DNA of 64,000 bases from Octopus vulgaris. Taxonomy: Eukaryota. The stretch covers positions 24,676,001 to 24,740,000 of the forward strand of contig OX597815.1 of assembly GCA_951406725.2 (NCBI GenBank), read 5' to 3'. This document shows, in pieces, positions 1 through 12,572 of this stretch. Numbering within the stretch: the first letter of the stretch is position 1; every line of letters starts with the position of its first letter. Position numbers and translations under genes: made by a program. A model generated the notes under the pieces. The model did not search any database. It was not told the DNA's origin and was given only the letters and a program-made list of their open reading frames with translations.

Positions 1-82
1 TCACTTTGTTTGTGATCAGCTTGAATTCTGTAAAGGAAAAAAATCTTTAATATAACTCAATGAATAAAAGGAAGAAATATAC

Positions 83-314
83 ATTCCTTTACTGCCCAGA
101 AGGGGCTAAACATAGAGGAGACAAACAAGGACAGACGAAGGGATTGAGTCGATTATATCGACCCCAGTGCGAAACTGGTACTTTATTTATCGACCCCGAA
201 AGGATGAAAGGCAAAGTTGACCTCGGAGGAATTTGAACTCAGAACGTAACGACAGACAAAATACAGCTAAGCATTTTGCCTGGCGTGCTAACATGTCTGT
301 CAGCTTGCCACTTT
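83..314 (-). mobile_element. tRNA-derived SINE family A (Nin-domain-like core)
   Basis: Minus strand reads GGCAAGCTGACAGA...GAGTTCAAAT...CCGAGGTCAACTTTGCCTTTCATCCTTTCGGGGTCGATAAA. Flanked by direct repeat aaaaggaagaaatatac (TSD). Many copies occur in the window. Confidence 0.85.
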
Positions 315-2011
315 CAAAAGGAAGAAATATACACACAATCAACCTCAATCTTCTTAGAACACTGCATCTTTGTGGAATAATTCTTGATGAAATTAGTGAG
401 AGTAATTCAAGAAGTCAGTCAGAAAGAGTTTAAGATGGCTCAAAATTTTGAAGTTAATTTCACTTCACTTAAATACAAATGTAGTTTTTCCAAGAGCACA
501 AATAGAACTCGACAAAAAGTTATTTGTTAGCTAATTCAGCAAAGATTTCATTTTACATGGAAGGTGACATAGACACAGACACACACATATATATACACAG
601 ATATATGTTAAGACATGTGCATACAATGAATTTGTGTGTATATATGTGTATGCATTACTGTATTACTAGTACTGAGAAGTTTTTCTATATATGACATAAC
701 ATGACAACATGTTCTAAAGAAGGAAAGATTGAAGTAGTTGGGATAAGAGAAGAATAAAAACATAATGTAGATATGAATCTATGAGTCAGGCACCCAGACT
801 GACAGTGTTGATGATCAGATATATATACATATATATATATTAGGAAACTGATTGACAAAGAAACAGAAAAACAACCAGCTAGTCAGATAGACACGAAGAT
901 AGATAGCACAGATAAATTTTTCATAATTAGTAGTCTACATGTAATAGTATTTTGGAAAAGTTACACATTAAATTAATTAGTAGCTGATGTAGAGTCAATC
1001 AGCAAAAATAGAAGGACACAGTGTTCAATAACTCAACTGGAAAAAACATCTGTGTTTTCTCTTTTTTATATATAAATATAAAATGTTCTACATAATTAAT
1101 CTATTCAGGTCATATTTCACTCCAGACAACAGTGAACCAATTTAAGTGTTGGTTCTCTTTTCTTTCTTTTTGAAACTAACAAGGATAAAAGATAGCAAAT
1201 TATTTTAAAAATTTTAACTCTTTGTGCATATTCTAATAACAGTATTTTCTTACTTCAAAGCTGGTGAAAAAGCTGAAATTGAAATATCTTATTTATGAAT
1301 GTGAGAAATATCTAGTTTATGAATGTGAGAAGTGAAATGTACCAAAGTTAGTGAGAGGGGACTGGTTGTTTATATTGAACTCCAGTACATGACAAGAACT
1401 TTATTTCATCAACCTCATTAAGTATAAAAGGCAAATTTGATCCCTCAGCAAGATCTGAACTTGGAATATAAAGAACTAAAATAAATACTGCAAAGTATTT
1501 TTGTCCTATGCTCAAATGATTTCTCCAGGTCATCACCCTGTGTATATTTACTATGTAATTGACAAACATGGAGTGGATTTGATAGAAAATAGTATGCTAC
1601 ATTAGATTCAACTAGTTGAGTGTCTCAAAATTAAGTTTTTGAGATTAATTATCATTCTCCTCATTCCAAAAACCTAGGTGTAACATATTGGGATTTAGTC
1701 AATTAACAACACATTTGATCCTTTTTTTCAATAAGCAGAACTTGCTCACAGAACAGAAATCACTATACAATTAACATATATGGCAAACACATTACTAACT
1801 GATAATAGAGAACTGGACAATGGATGTTAAATGATGATAATGATGATGGCATAAAATATTACTAAAGTCACACAGTTGGTATAATGAAGTCAGCAATGTG
1901 AATGAGGTGTTTCCTTTGGTTAATGGAACAAGTCAGCGAGTAAAATTTACCTTATGAGGTTCAAGTAAAGAATTTGGTATGTGAAGTACTCAATAGACTT
2001 ATACAACTTAC

Positions 2012-2172
2012 CTTGGCACTAATGAATCACTACGTATAGTGGTCGTTGGGTCAAGCTCAAACAAAGATGAAATATCATTACCATTTGGGACTGACACCAA
2101 ACAATACACTTGATTAGTTAGGAATCCTCTTAGTTTGTTTCGCATTAAATCCACTGTTGGGTCATTATCAAC
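2012..2172 (-). CDS. ITPR: IP3 receptor exon: [53 protein letters not shown](R)
   Basis: 161 nt (phase 0/2), ttttacag acceptor and gtaagt donor. Matches ITPR1 [23 protein letters not shown]...DSLVPR. Confidence 0.95.
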
Positions 2173-2874
2173 CTGTAAAAAAAATAAATTACAATTATCT
2201 ATCAGTCATATACAAAGATAGAAAAGTACTTAAGTTTATAAAATATTAAATATAGATACAGACACAAAAGAAATGATGAAATTACAGAAAATATGAAGTA
2301 ACAAATATTTAAAATTTATAGAGATTTAAATTATTTTATTTACAATTGTCACACAGTAGTTAATATATTTATTGATTACTTAGATATGTGCAAGATCTCA
2401 GACTTATAGCAGAATGGGAATGAGAACTCTGTCAGCTAGTTTCATTAAAAATAGTATTTTATTAATAATTAAATTGTACTTCCGTCTAACAATTATTCAT
2501 CTAAATTTAGAAGGGGTTAGAAAACAGACAATTGAAAAGAAAAATTTCTTAGATATCTCTATCCCCATATCATCATTCATCATCATCATTTAACGATCGG
2601 TTGGTGCTCCAATATTAGTGGCTGTATTGTTTAAACCCCAGTCATCTTTGAAATACTATATATTCCAGGACCTTAATCTTAGGATATATGTCTCAATCAA
2701 CTATAATGTAGGAACTGTATGTATTCCAGGACTGCCATAAACAACAACACTAGCACATACTTTCATTCAAGTGTGGAGTTCCAGATGTGAGTGAATCTAT
2801 ACTCAGCTACTCAGAACCATAAATCGGCCAAGTTAAGAAAACTTGAAACACTAGTCTAAGTTATGATAATAATA

Positions 2875-3270
2875 ATAGTTTCAAATTTTGGCACAAGGCC
2901 AGTAATTTCAGGAGACAGAGTAAGTCGACTGGTACTTATTTTATGAACCCCGAAAAGATGAAAAGTAAAGTCAACTTTGGTAGAATCTGAACTCAGAATA
3001 TAAAGGTATACAAAATGCCACTGAGCATTTTTTCCCAGTGTGATAACAATTCTCTCATCTTGCTGCCTTAAGTGAAGATAATAATAATCTGCTATAGGCA
3101 CAAGGCTTGGAATTTTGGGGGTGGGTGCTAGTTGATTACATTGACCCCAGTGTTTATCCACTCTGAAAGGATGAAAGGCAAAGCTGACCTAGGCAGAATT
3201 TGAACTCAGAACATAAAGACAGATGAAATGCTCCTAAGCATTTTTCCCAGTATGTTAATTGATTCTGCCT
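2875..3270 (-). mobile_element. Two degenerate family A SINE copies (short-tail variant)
   Basis: Two copies of aaagatgaaaggcaaag...gaatttgaactcagaa, separated by (AAT)n. Confidence 0.7.
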
Positions 3271-3400
3271 AATAATAATGAAATGTTTACATCAGAGTTC
3301 ATGAAATTTTACATTCAAAGGATTTAAGAGTTTTCTCCCTTGAACATTTTTCTCCAATTGGTACCATATTTACAATACTTTTAGCTATAAAAGTGAAAAG

Positions 3401-3914
3401 TACCATAAATCCTTGAGTATAGTCCGCCCTTGAGTATAATACGCAGGGGATTTTAGGGGGCTGTACCTCTGAAAAACGTAAACCTCTTGTATAATACGCA
3501 TCCCTTCTCTAACTTGAGTCAAAGAGGTCTATATAACGACCTTGGTTTGAAAAATGTGTACAGTAACGGCCTTTATTATTACTGTATATATAACATAATG
3601 CAAACATGTAGCATTTTTGTGCATTTAGTTTGCAGAAAATAAAGAAATAACCGTAATAACATTTAATAAATGTTGTTTACTGCAAGTTATGGATGATTCT
3701 TTTATGACTTCATTGCTTTCAGGCTTAGCTGAAGGCATTTTCATGCCCAATATCACAAAATGCGTCTGAATAAACATAGCCAGACAGCAAACAGAGACTT
3801 GGACATTTCTTAGAAATTAATTTTCATTTTTAACCTCGTGTATAATATGCACTAGAGATTTTGACCTTTAAATTTTGGGCAAAAAATGTGGATTATACTT
3901 GAGGATTTACGGTA
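3401..3914. mobile_element. Tc1/mariner-superfamily (pogo/Tigger-type) MITE
   Basis: Terminal inverted repeats taccataaatccttgagtata ... tatacttgaggatttacggta with TA at both ends; no ORF. Confidence 0.75.
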
Positions 3915-3933
3915 TATAATGGAGTAGACATAC

Positions 3934-4029
3934 CTCGGCTGCCAAATATTGATCAGTTGCTAAATGTTTAAATCTGTACAGGCTGTTCCAGTGACCAGCT
4001 CCACCTCTGCATGGATCATGGTGGACAAT
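3934..4029 (-). CDS. ITPR: IP3 receptor exon: [32 protein letters not shown]
   Basis: 96 nt, ttttgcag acceptor and gtatgt donor. Matches ITPR1 [32 protein letters not shown]. Confidence 0.96.
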
Positions 4030-4591
4030 CTGCAAAAAAGATGAAAAATAAAAGTGAATCTTAAACTATAGTGGTACCAATCTACCAAGCACTAATGAAT
4101 AACATTGTCTAAAGTACCAAAATATAACTGGTATTATGCAGCACACAAAGCAAGTATACCAGTATTAAACAAACCATTTAAATGTCATCACAAGTAAAGA
4201 TAATACAAGTTTAAAACACGAACAAGAATGAAGTTTGAGAGAGCAACAGTTATGGATTAAGAAAAGTTTGGGATGTGTGAAATAGATATATATGATTTAT
4301 GGAGGAGAGATAGGTATTTTGAGGGGATTTGGACATGGAGAAGAAAAGCTGGCATAATAATGATAGGAGAGAGGTAGAATGAAGTAGCAGTAAGTCTGTT
4401 GGCTAGTGGTTATAACATGTAGGTGAGTGGTCTTTTGGAAACCGTTCAGTGACGTGCAACCAAGAGAATACCCTCCATCAGGCATTAGCCATATTCTGAA
4501 CGCCTTACTTCCCTAGGCATGGACACATTGAAACTCCGACGTCTGGCAGCTGACTTGGCAGATACCCATAAAACCCAGGGTATATGTATCT

Positions 4592-5900
4592 CATCATCAT
4601 CATCATTTAAAGTCCGCTTTCCATGCTAGCATGGGTTGAACAATTTGACTGAGGACTGGTGAACCAGATGGCTGTACCAGGCTCCAATCTTGATCTGGCA
4701 AAGTTTCTACAGCTGGATGCCCTTCCTAATGCCAACCACTCCAAGAGTGTAGTGGGTGATTTTTACTTGCAACTAGCACAAGGGCCAGTCAGGTGGTACT
4801 GGCATGCTTGAATGGTGCCTTTTACATGCCACTGCACCTCTTATATGTCCATAGCTTACATCTTATGGAGTTTCTACCTACGCCTTTTCTACAGATCAAG
4901 CAGTGCAATCTAGCTGAAGGGATTTGTGTCTTCCACATCATGTGATGCTATATCCTCCTCTGTTTCATCAAAAGCTTTGAGTATTACATCTCTAAATCTC
5001 CGTCCATTCACAGGATCCTTAAGCTTCCAGACCCTTTTTCTGCATGCTGGTCATCTTTTGGGCATCCATTTAGCCCTGATCCTGAAGTTGCTTACTACTG
5101 ATCTATGTTGTGGAGTGCATTCTTCACTTGGGAAAGTTTTGGCATTTATAAGTTGCCATCTTACCCATTTCCTGGTGAGGATGTAGTCAATTCGACTAGT
5201 GTGTCCACAGTTGGGTAGGTGATTAGGTGACTGGCAGGTTTCCGGAAGTTGGTATTACAAACCATAACATCATTTGCATCACAGAACTCCATCAACCTGG
5301 TTCCCTCCTCATTGTGGGAACCAAAACCATAGCTTCCATGTACACCATGGAAGCCCCTGCATGTTGTCCAACATACCCATTGAAGTTGCCAACCACAAAG
5401 AGAAGATCCCTGTCATTCGTCGACAAGGTAGTCTGCAAGAGGGTATCATAAAATTAATTTTTCTGTTCATCAGGTAGCCCTGGCTGAGGGGCATAAGCCG
5501 AGATAATGGTTGCTAATCCATGTTGCAGCACTAATCTAATCCTAAGTATTCTATCACAGACTCTGAATACCTCGATTAACTTATCAAGCCATACAAGAAG
5601 TATACCCACGCCCACCAACCTGTCAGTGTTCCCTGCCCAGAAAATCTTATATCTATGTTCTTTGACAGTGAGGAACCTAGCAGGACTTCCTCTTCAGCTT
5701 ACTTCTTGGATGCAGCACAAATCTACACGTCTCTGTTCAAGCATCTCAACAATCTCACCAGACCCACCTTTCAGTGTGCCAACATTAAGTGTGCCAACTC
5801 TGAGTGTGTGAGAGGTGTGGGCCCATGAGACCCAGGGATGGGGGACAGCAGCATCATGTACCTGAAAAGAAAGCTCGCATTTGGAAGAACTCATAAACAT
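4592..5900 (-). mobile_element. Internally deleted RTE-clade LINE: AP-endonuclease N-terminus joined to the family 3' tail
   Basis: ORF 5694..5900 gives LRVGTLNVGTLKG...EMLEQRRVDLCCIQEV (APE N-terminal motifs), with further degraded APE sequence downstream. The (GAT)n-ending tail at 4592-4830 is shared with the RT-bearing copy at 59410-61113. Confidence 0.8.
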
Positions 5901-6418
5901 ATAATAGCTTTCAACCTACATACACTACACCACCATTTTAAGTGCTACATAATCACTACATTACATAGGAAATAAACCCTAAGTAGGGATGGGGGAACAT
6001 TAAGCCTTTGGAAGTGTTCATGGGAAAGACATCTGATAGAGGTCAGAGGATAGAGACTTTTGGTACAGGTGATGGGTTGGGAAGGGCAGGTGCACTATGA
6101 AAGAGCAAAGACTCAGGCAGCCGGTGTGAAAAAAACATTAATGATAATAATGAGATAGAATTGGGAATTTGCATTCTTAACTAGAGCTATAACCAACAGT
6201 TTTTGGTCAGCCAAACTGTGATAAAATTAGATAAATGAATGAAGAATGACAATAATAAATGAACATGAAAGAGAGGGAAAAGGGAGAAAGAGGGAGAGTT
6301 AGACTGAGCAAAGGGATCTTAAGTTTTTTCTCTAAACATGCGGCATAGAAGATGAAACTGTATTTAAATAGACAGATAATGAAATAGATAGATAATAAAA
6401 TGAAATAATAAAGTAATT

Positions 6419-6710
6419 ATATTCTGTTGTATCTGGGGAAAGTCATTCTCTTTTTGTGCCTTATTATGTAACACGCCGCTCACCAGTAAAATTTCCACTT
6501 TTTTCTTATTTTTATTGTCCTAAAATTTTTGTTGCGTCTTGCAACCTTTTCAATAGTTTTGAAAAAAGTGGAGATTTTACCGGTGAGTGTGTTACATAAT
6601 AAGGCACAAAAAGAAAATGACTCTCCCCAGACACAACAGAATATGCTTCAACACACGAACTCACATAAAGAATCTTGCAAACCAAATCCAAAAACGAAAA
6701 GTAATTATAA
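6419..6710. mobile_element. Fold-back (inverted repeat) remnant of a Penelope-like element
   Basis: Arms about 6419-6504 and 6562-6644 are reverse complements. The same arm sequence abuts a GIY-YIG remnant at 41890. A hammerhead-like motif sits in the loop. Confidence 0.75.
6518..6558 (-). ncRNA. Degenerate minimal hammerhead-like motif (U3-A8 core; G12 mutated to A)
   Basis: Minus strand: CUA UUGAAAA G GUUGC aagac GCAAC aAAA AU UU UAG. Confidence 0.5.
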
Positions 6711-6766
6711 TTTGTGCTGAAAAAGAGGTTTTAGATGTGTGCTAGGTTGGAAAACAAGGTTGCTTA

Positions 6767-7033
<267 letters not shown>

Positions 7034-7604
7034 TCAAATACTAATGTCTGTTGAACCTGATCAAAGAATAAATATAGAACCAGCTGAAATGTATTTAAAG
7101 ACACAAGCATATTTTTTTCTAAATTTAAATGAATGGGTAGATTTCTGAAAGGGAAAAATTATTGTGGAGTTGTGTAGCCCCAAGTTAAACAACTTGATCA
7201 AGCAGACCTATGATCAAAGGTGTTCCAGCCATCACCAACGTGGTGAGCTGGCAGAATCATTAGCAGATTTGGCAAAATGTTTAGTAGCTGGCTCTTTACA
7301 AAATGAGTTCAAATTCAGCTGAGGCTTACTCTGCATTTCATTCTTTTTAAGGATGTTAAAAATAATTATCAGTTAGGTACAGGGGCTGACGGAATCCCAC
7401 CTATTAAAATTGGCCTTGAACCAAAACGTGAAGCCATGACTTGTAATTAGCAAAATTAAAAGCAAACTAAGTCTGTAATAAGGTGTGGATTTTTAACTAA
7501 TTCCTTCAGCAAAATTACTATTGCCCTTTGGATCAACAACCTTTACAACTTCACACTAGTTAGTCATTTATCATCAACATTAATGAAATAATTATTTTAT
7601 TTTT

Positions 7605-8019
7605 TATTCTTTTACTTGTTTCAGTTATTTGACTGCAGCCATGCTGGAGCACCACCCTTAGTCAAACAAACTGACCCCAGGACTTATTCTTTATAAGTCT
7701 ATTCTATTGGTCTCTCTTGCCAAACTGCTATCTTACAGGGATGTAAACACACCAACATCAGTTGTCAAGCGATGTCGGGAGGACAAACACAGACACAAAC
7801 ACACACAGACACAAACACACACACACACACACGCAGACACACACACACACACACATGACAGGCTTCTTTCAGTTTCCATCTACCAAATCCACTCACAAGT
7901 CTTTGGTCGGCCCAAGGCTATAGTAAAAGACACTTGCCCAAGGTGCCACACAGTGGGACTGAACCTGGAACCATGTGGCTGGGAAGCAAGCTTCTTACCA
8001 CACAGCCACTCCTGTGCCT
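7605..8019 (-). mobile_element. tRNA-derived SINE family B with internal CA/TA microsatellite
   Basis: Minus-strand head AGGCACAGGAGTGGCTGTGTGGTAAG...GGTTCAGTCCC (A/B boxes), then GGGCAAGTGTCTT and tail GAAACAAGTAAAAGA. Same family at 12645, 20810, 32326, 34370 and 55695. Confidence 0.85.
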
Positions 8020-8092
8020 AAATTAATGTTCTTAGAAAAGAAATGAACACAGAACTTATTTTCTTACAATGCAGAAATGGAATGGTACTCAC

Positions 8093-8176
8093 GCCTTTCA
8101 GGACATCTTCTTTGTTTTCTTTGTAGTCCATAAACAAACTGATCTTCCAGCATGTTGAGCAGTTTACAGAATTCAC
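8093..8176 (-). CDS. ITPR: IP3 receptor exon: VNSVNCSTCWKISLFMDYKENKEDVLKG
   Basis: 84 nt, gaag acceptor and gtgagt donor. Matches ITPR1 [28 protein letters not shown]; lies within ORF 8018..8215. Confidence 0.95.
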
Positions 8177-8334
8177 CTTCAATGACAAAACGAGGACAAT
8201 CATTGACATTAGCATTTATAACAGGAAACTTTAACAGAACAGACTTTGGTATGTGTGATCTCATTAGTATAATGACTACAAATTTAAGTGGTTTAAGTTC
8301 TGAATTCAGTTAATAAGATCAAAAAGTATTCTAT

Positions 8335-8800
8335 TGGCGTTAGGAAGGGCATCCTAGCATTAGGAAGAGCATCCTTGGTGTTAGGAAGGGCATCCTAGCA
8401 TTAGGAAGGGAATCCTTGGCGTTAGGAAGGGCATCTTGGCATTAGGAAGGGCATCTTGGCATTAGGAAGGCATCTTGGCATTAGGAAAGGCATCTTAGCA
8501 TTAGGAAGGGCATCCTTGGCATTAGGAAGGGCATCTTGGCATTAGGAAGGGCATCTTGGCATTAGGAAGGGCATCTTAGCATTAGGAAGGGCATCCTTGG
8601 CATTAGGAAGGGCATCTTGGCATTAGGAAGGGCATCTTGGCATTAGGAAGGGCATCTTAGCATTAGGAAGGGCATCTTGGCATTAGGAAGGGCAATCCTA
8701 GCATTAGGAAGGGCATCCTTGGCATTAGGAAGGGCATCTTGGCGTTAGGAAGGGCATCCTAACATTAGGAAGGGCATCCTTGGCATTAGGAAGGGCATCC
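8335..8800 (+). repeat. Minisatellite: about 24 copies of 19-20 bp GGCATTAGGAAGGGCATC(C)TT
   Basis: Head-to-tail copies without spacers. The unit is a motif of the RTE 3' tail, and the array runs directly into that tail (8800-8930). Confidence 0.95.
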
Positions 8801-10314
8801 AGCTGTAGAAACTCTGCCAAATCAAGATTAGAGCCTGGTGCAGCCATCTGGTTCGCCAGCCTTCAGTCAAAATTGTCCAACCCATGCTAGCATGGAAAGC
8901 GGATGTTGAACGATAATGATGATGATGATGTTATATCTCCTAACAACTTATTCTTGAATAGATATGTATTTTATATTTGATTGTTTATCTCAAATAACCC
9001 TTTCATAAATCTTATAGCTTTATTCAAATTATTAAACAGTTCTTCAAGTTATTAACTGTGATTTAGTATATTCTAATGTGGTAGCGGATGGTAGAATAGG
9101 TAGACTGGTGAACAAAATACTTCTCAGCTTCCCAAGGTCAACTAGTAGAGAGCAAGTGAGTATGGCACTAGCCAGAGGGAGGCAGAGGGGGTGGTCTATC
9201 CTGGGTAGCACTTTTATAGGGATAGCACCACCTTTGGGTCTCCTGTAGGTAATATGTATTTTTTGTGGAGACCCAGAGGTGGCAAACTTAAAGGCCGCCC
9301 TGGGCAGCACACACTCTAACTACTCTAGTGGAGTAGGGCCAGTTGAATCCAGTCACCACAGAAAGATAAAGGTCATATTTGTATGATTGCGAAAGTCACT
9401 TCATAATCACATGGTTCCACTTTGTGATATCATGGGTATGTGTCATTACTGGGTTGCCCAGTACTATGTGAATGAATTTGGCATGAAAGCTAGTTGTGTG
9501 TGTGTGCACAGGCACATGCTTGTATGTTTGTGTGTGAGTGTATGTGTGTGAGCATATGTGTATCTTTTACCAATGTATGTTAGTGAAAAATATACATGCA
9601 ACATGCACATATACACACATCCACACACATATATAAACTTTAGTTAGAAACCAGAAATATCAGTGACACTCCATTATCACTCTTGCCGTAAGAACTGCAG
9701 CAAACCTGTAACCAACAAAACTATTTTTCACAAATTGTGACCTATAATAAAAATAGGTCAAACCCACCCCTGTAAAGGAACACAATGTCCAGCATTCTAC
9801 CAATTCTACTACCCGCCACATTTACACATCAAGCTAATGCTAATGATAGCAATGGTTAAGATGTTTATGATGGTAGCTATGATGATGATGATGATGATGA
9901 CAGTGGTGGTGGTGAAGATGGTTGGTGGAGATGGTGATGGTGGTGCTAATTTGACAACTGCTTTCCTAAAATTATGGAGATTTACATTGATTTTTTGTTT
10001 TTTAGAATAAGTGACTCACAGAGGCAGACCTTTAATGTCAATCAATAATCATGTAAATTCATGAACCATCATCCTAATATTCTTCCCTCTTTATCTACCT
10101 CACTTCCGTAATGGCATCATTTCAGGAATCCTAGCCTTTTTTATCACTGTGCTCTTTTTTACAAATGACATTAGCAAAAGTATATTGTAGTTGTTGTTAC
10201 TCTCTAGGCAAACCATGATTAAACAAACCTATTGTCAAAGGAGATTTGGCAAATTTTTCCAGCGAAGTAAGTAACTAAGAACAGGTTCTCTTATAAGCTC
10301 GTTATTATTATTAT

Positions 10315-10790
10315 CGGCAAGCTGGTAGAATCATTAGTGTGCTAGACAAAATGCTTAGTGGAATTTCATCTGTCTTTTCATTCTGGGTTCAAATTCTGCT
10401 GAGGTCCACTTTGCCCTTCATCCTTTCAAGGTTGATAGAAGAAATACCTATTTCTTTACTACCCACAAGAGGCTAAACACAGAGGGGACAAACAAGGACA
10501 GACAAACAGATTAAGTCGATTACATCAACCCCAGTGCGTAACTGGTACTTAATTTATCAATCCCGAAAGGATGAAAGGCAAAGTCGACCTCGGTGGAATT
10601 TGAACTCAGAACGTAACGGCAGATGAAATATGGCTATGCATTTCGCCCGGCGTGCTAACGTTTCTGCCAGCTCGCTGCCTTTGGTAGAAGAAATACCAGT
10701 TGAGCACTAGGGTCATTGTAATCAACTAGTAGCCCCCTCCCACAAAATTTCAGGCCTTGTGCTTATAATAGAAAGGATTATTATTATTGG
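10315..10790. mobile_element. Family A SINE (+) with a second family A SINE (-, about 10449-10681) nested inside it
   Basis: The outer copy is interrupted; direct repeat tagaagaaatacc flanks the inner copy. Confidence 0.8.
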
Positions 10791-11094
10791 CTGCATAATA
10801 CAAGCATCAATCTCAGCATTTCTCATTTCCAGCAGTGAAACTCTTGTTTACAAATGGTTACAAAAAGATAAAAAAGTATTTCCATTATTTTCTAGTAAAT
10901 AATTTTACATGCATTGTGTGGAAGAACAGTAATGTCTCATGTTTGTTACCATATATTTCACAACCTCTGCTTCTACACTAAGCAAAATTATCTCCCCTTT
11001 CAAAATTATACCCAGAATAGGACAATCAAGCACTGAACTCTTCAGTTCACTTCAAAAACCTGTAGTAGTGATACCTTGAATAAAGTAGGGTGCC

Positions 11095-11463
11095 AAGAGC
11101 ACCATCTGATCATGATTGTTGCCAGTGAGGATAAGTGGCTACCGTGCCGGTGGCACGTAAAAAGCATCATTCGTGCGTGATCGTTACCAGCATCGCCTTA
11201 CTGGTGCCTGTGCCGGTGGCATGTGTAAAAAGATTTGAGCAGGGTCGTTGCCAGTACCGCCAGACTGGCCCCTGTGCTGGTGGCATGTAAAAATCACCCA
11301 CTACACTCTCGGATTGGTTGGCATTAGGAAGGGCATCCAGTTGTAGAAACATTGCCAGATCAAGATTGGAGCCTGGTGCAGCCATCTGGTTCGCCAGCCC
11401 TCAGTCAAAATCTTCCAACCCATGCTAGCATGGAAAGCGGACTTTAAATGATGATGATGATGA
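11095..11463 (+). mobile_element. RTE-LINE 3' tail fragment
   Basis: GGCACGTAAAAAGCA subrepeats, GGCATTAGGAAGGGCATCCAG, AACCCATGCTAGCATGGAAAGCGG and a (GAT)n end. Confidence 0.8.
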
Positions 11464-11687
11464 GATACATATACCCTGGGTGAACTTATAGTGCAACTAA
11501 ACCAAAAGGGTGCATCTAATGCCATATCTTAGGATATCTATGCAATATAAACACATGTCGGACAGAGATTTGAAGTAAATGTATTGTATATAATATGGTA
11601 ATAAACAAGTCTTTGACAATATTTAATTCTCCATTCTTATTTTGAATGTCTTGTGCACACACACATATATATACAGCATATTGCAAT

Positions 11688-11771
11688 GACCTATAAGTGT
11701 TTCCACTGCAGCAACTGCTCACTGTTGCAGATGCAGCTTTGCAGTATTGTTGGTGCAGTTCCATCAGGGTC
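11688..11771 (-). ncRNA. Hammerhead-like motif with extended stem II (left-arm copy)
   Basis: Minus strand: GACC CUGAUGG aACUGCA...UGCAGUg GAAA CACUUA UA GGUC. Stem I is GACC/GGUC; A9 is mutated to G. Confidence 0.55.
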
Positions 11772-12488
11772 TGTCCATTTGGTCTTCTTGTAAGTGAACT
11801 GGTTGCAGTAAATTTTTGTTAGTTAGTGTTCTGTGGGAGGTAGGGGTGTTGTTATTTATAGGTATATGCTACCGTAAGGCAGCGAGCTGGTAGAAATGTT
11901 AGCACACCGGGCGAAATGCTTTGTGGTATTTTGTCCACCGCTACGTTCTGAGTTCAAATTCCGCCGAGGTCAACTTTGCCTTTGAACCTTTCGGGGTCGA
12001 TTAAATAAGTACCAGTTACGCACTGGGGTCGATATAATTGACTTAATCTGTTTGTCTGTCTTTGTTTGTCCTCTCTGTGTTTAGCCCCTTGTGGGTACTA
12101 AAGAAATAGGTATTTCGTCTGCTGTTACATTGTGAGTTCAAATTCCGCCAAGGTCGACTTTGCCTTTGATCCTTTCTGGGTCGATAAATCAAGTACCAGT
12201 TACACACTGGAGATCTATATAATGAACTTAATCCGTTTGTCTGTCCTTGTTTGTCCTCTTTGTGTTTAGCCCCTTGTGGGTAGTAAAGAAATAGGTATGT
12301 GCTACCGACCTTGATTTCATCGCAGTTGACTGTGACCTATTTTAAGACCAAGCCTGAACTTCAGATGACAACTGGGGTGAAATCAAGGTTAGCAGGAGAT
12401 ACCTATAAATAACAACACCCCTACCTCCCACAGAACACTAACAAAAATTTACTGCAACCAGTTCACTTTGAGGATGACCAAATGGAAA

Positions 12489-12572
12489 GGCTCTGAGGAA
12501 GCTGCACCGACAATATCGCAAGGTTGCATCTGTAACAGTGAGTAGTGATTGCAATCGAAACAGGTGTAGGTC
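12489..12572 (+). ncRNA. Hammerhead-like motif with extended stem II (right-arm copy)
   Basis: GGCU CUGAGGA agcugca...uugcaauc GAAA CAGGUG UA GGUC. Canonical CUGANGA, GAAA and UH; same 84-nt length as the left-arm copy. Confidence 0.6.

Noticed and set aside
1-2011. Next ITPR exon (NSYVRLRHLCT...)
   Set aside because: No matching translation with splice sites was seen; it is presumably outside the window.
8335-8800. CRISPR-like array of short direct repeats
   Set aside because: There are no unique spacers and no cas genes, the context is a eukaryotic intron, and the unit derives from the adjacent LINE tail.
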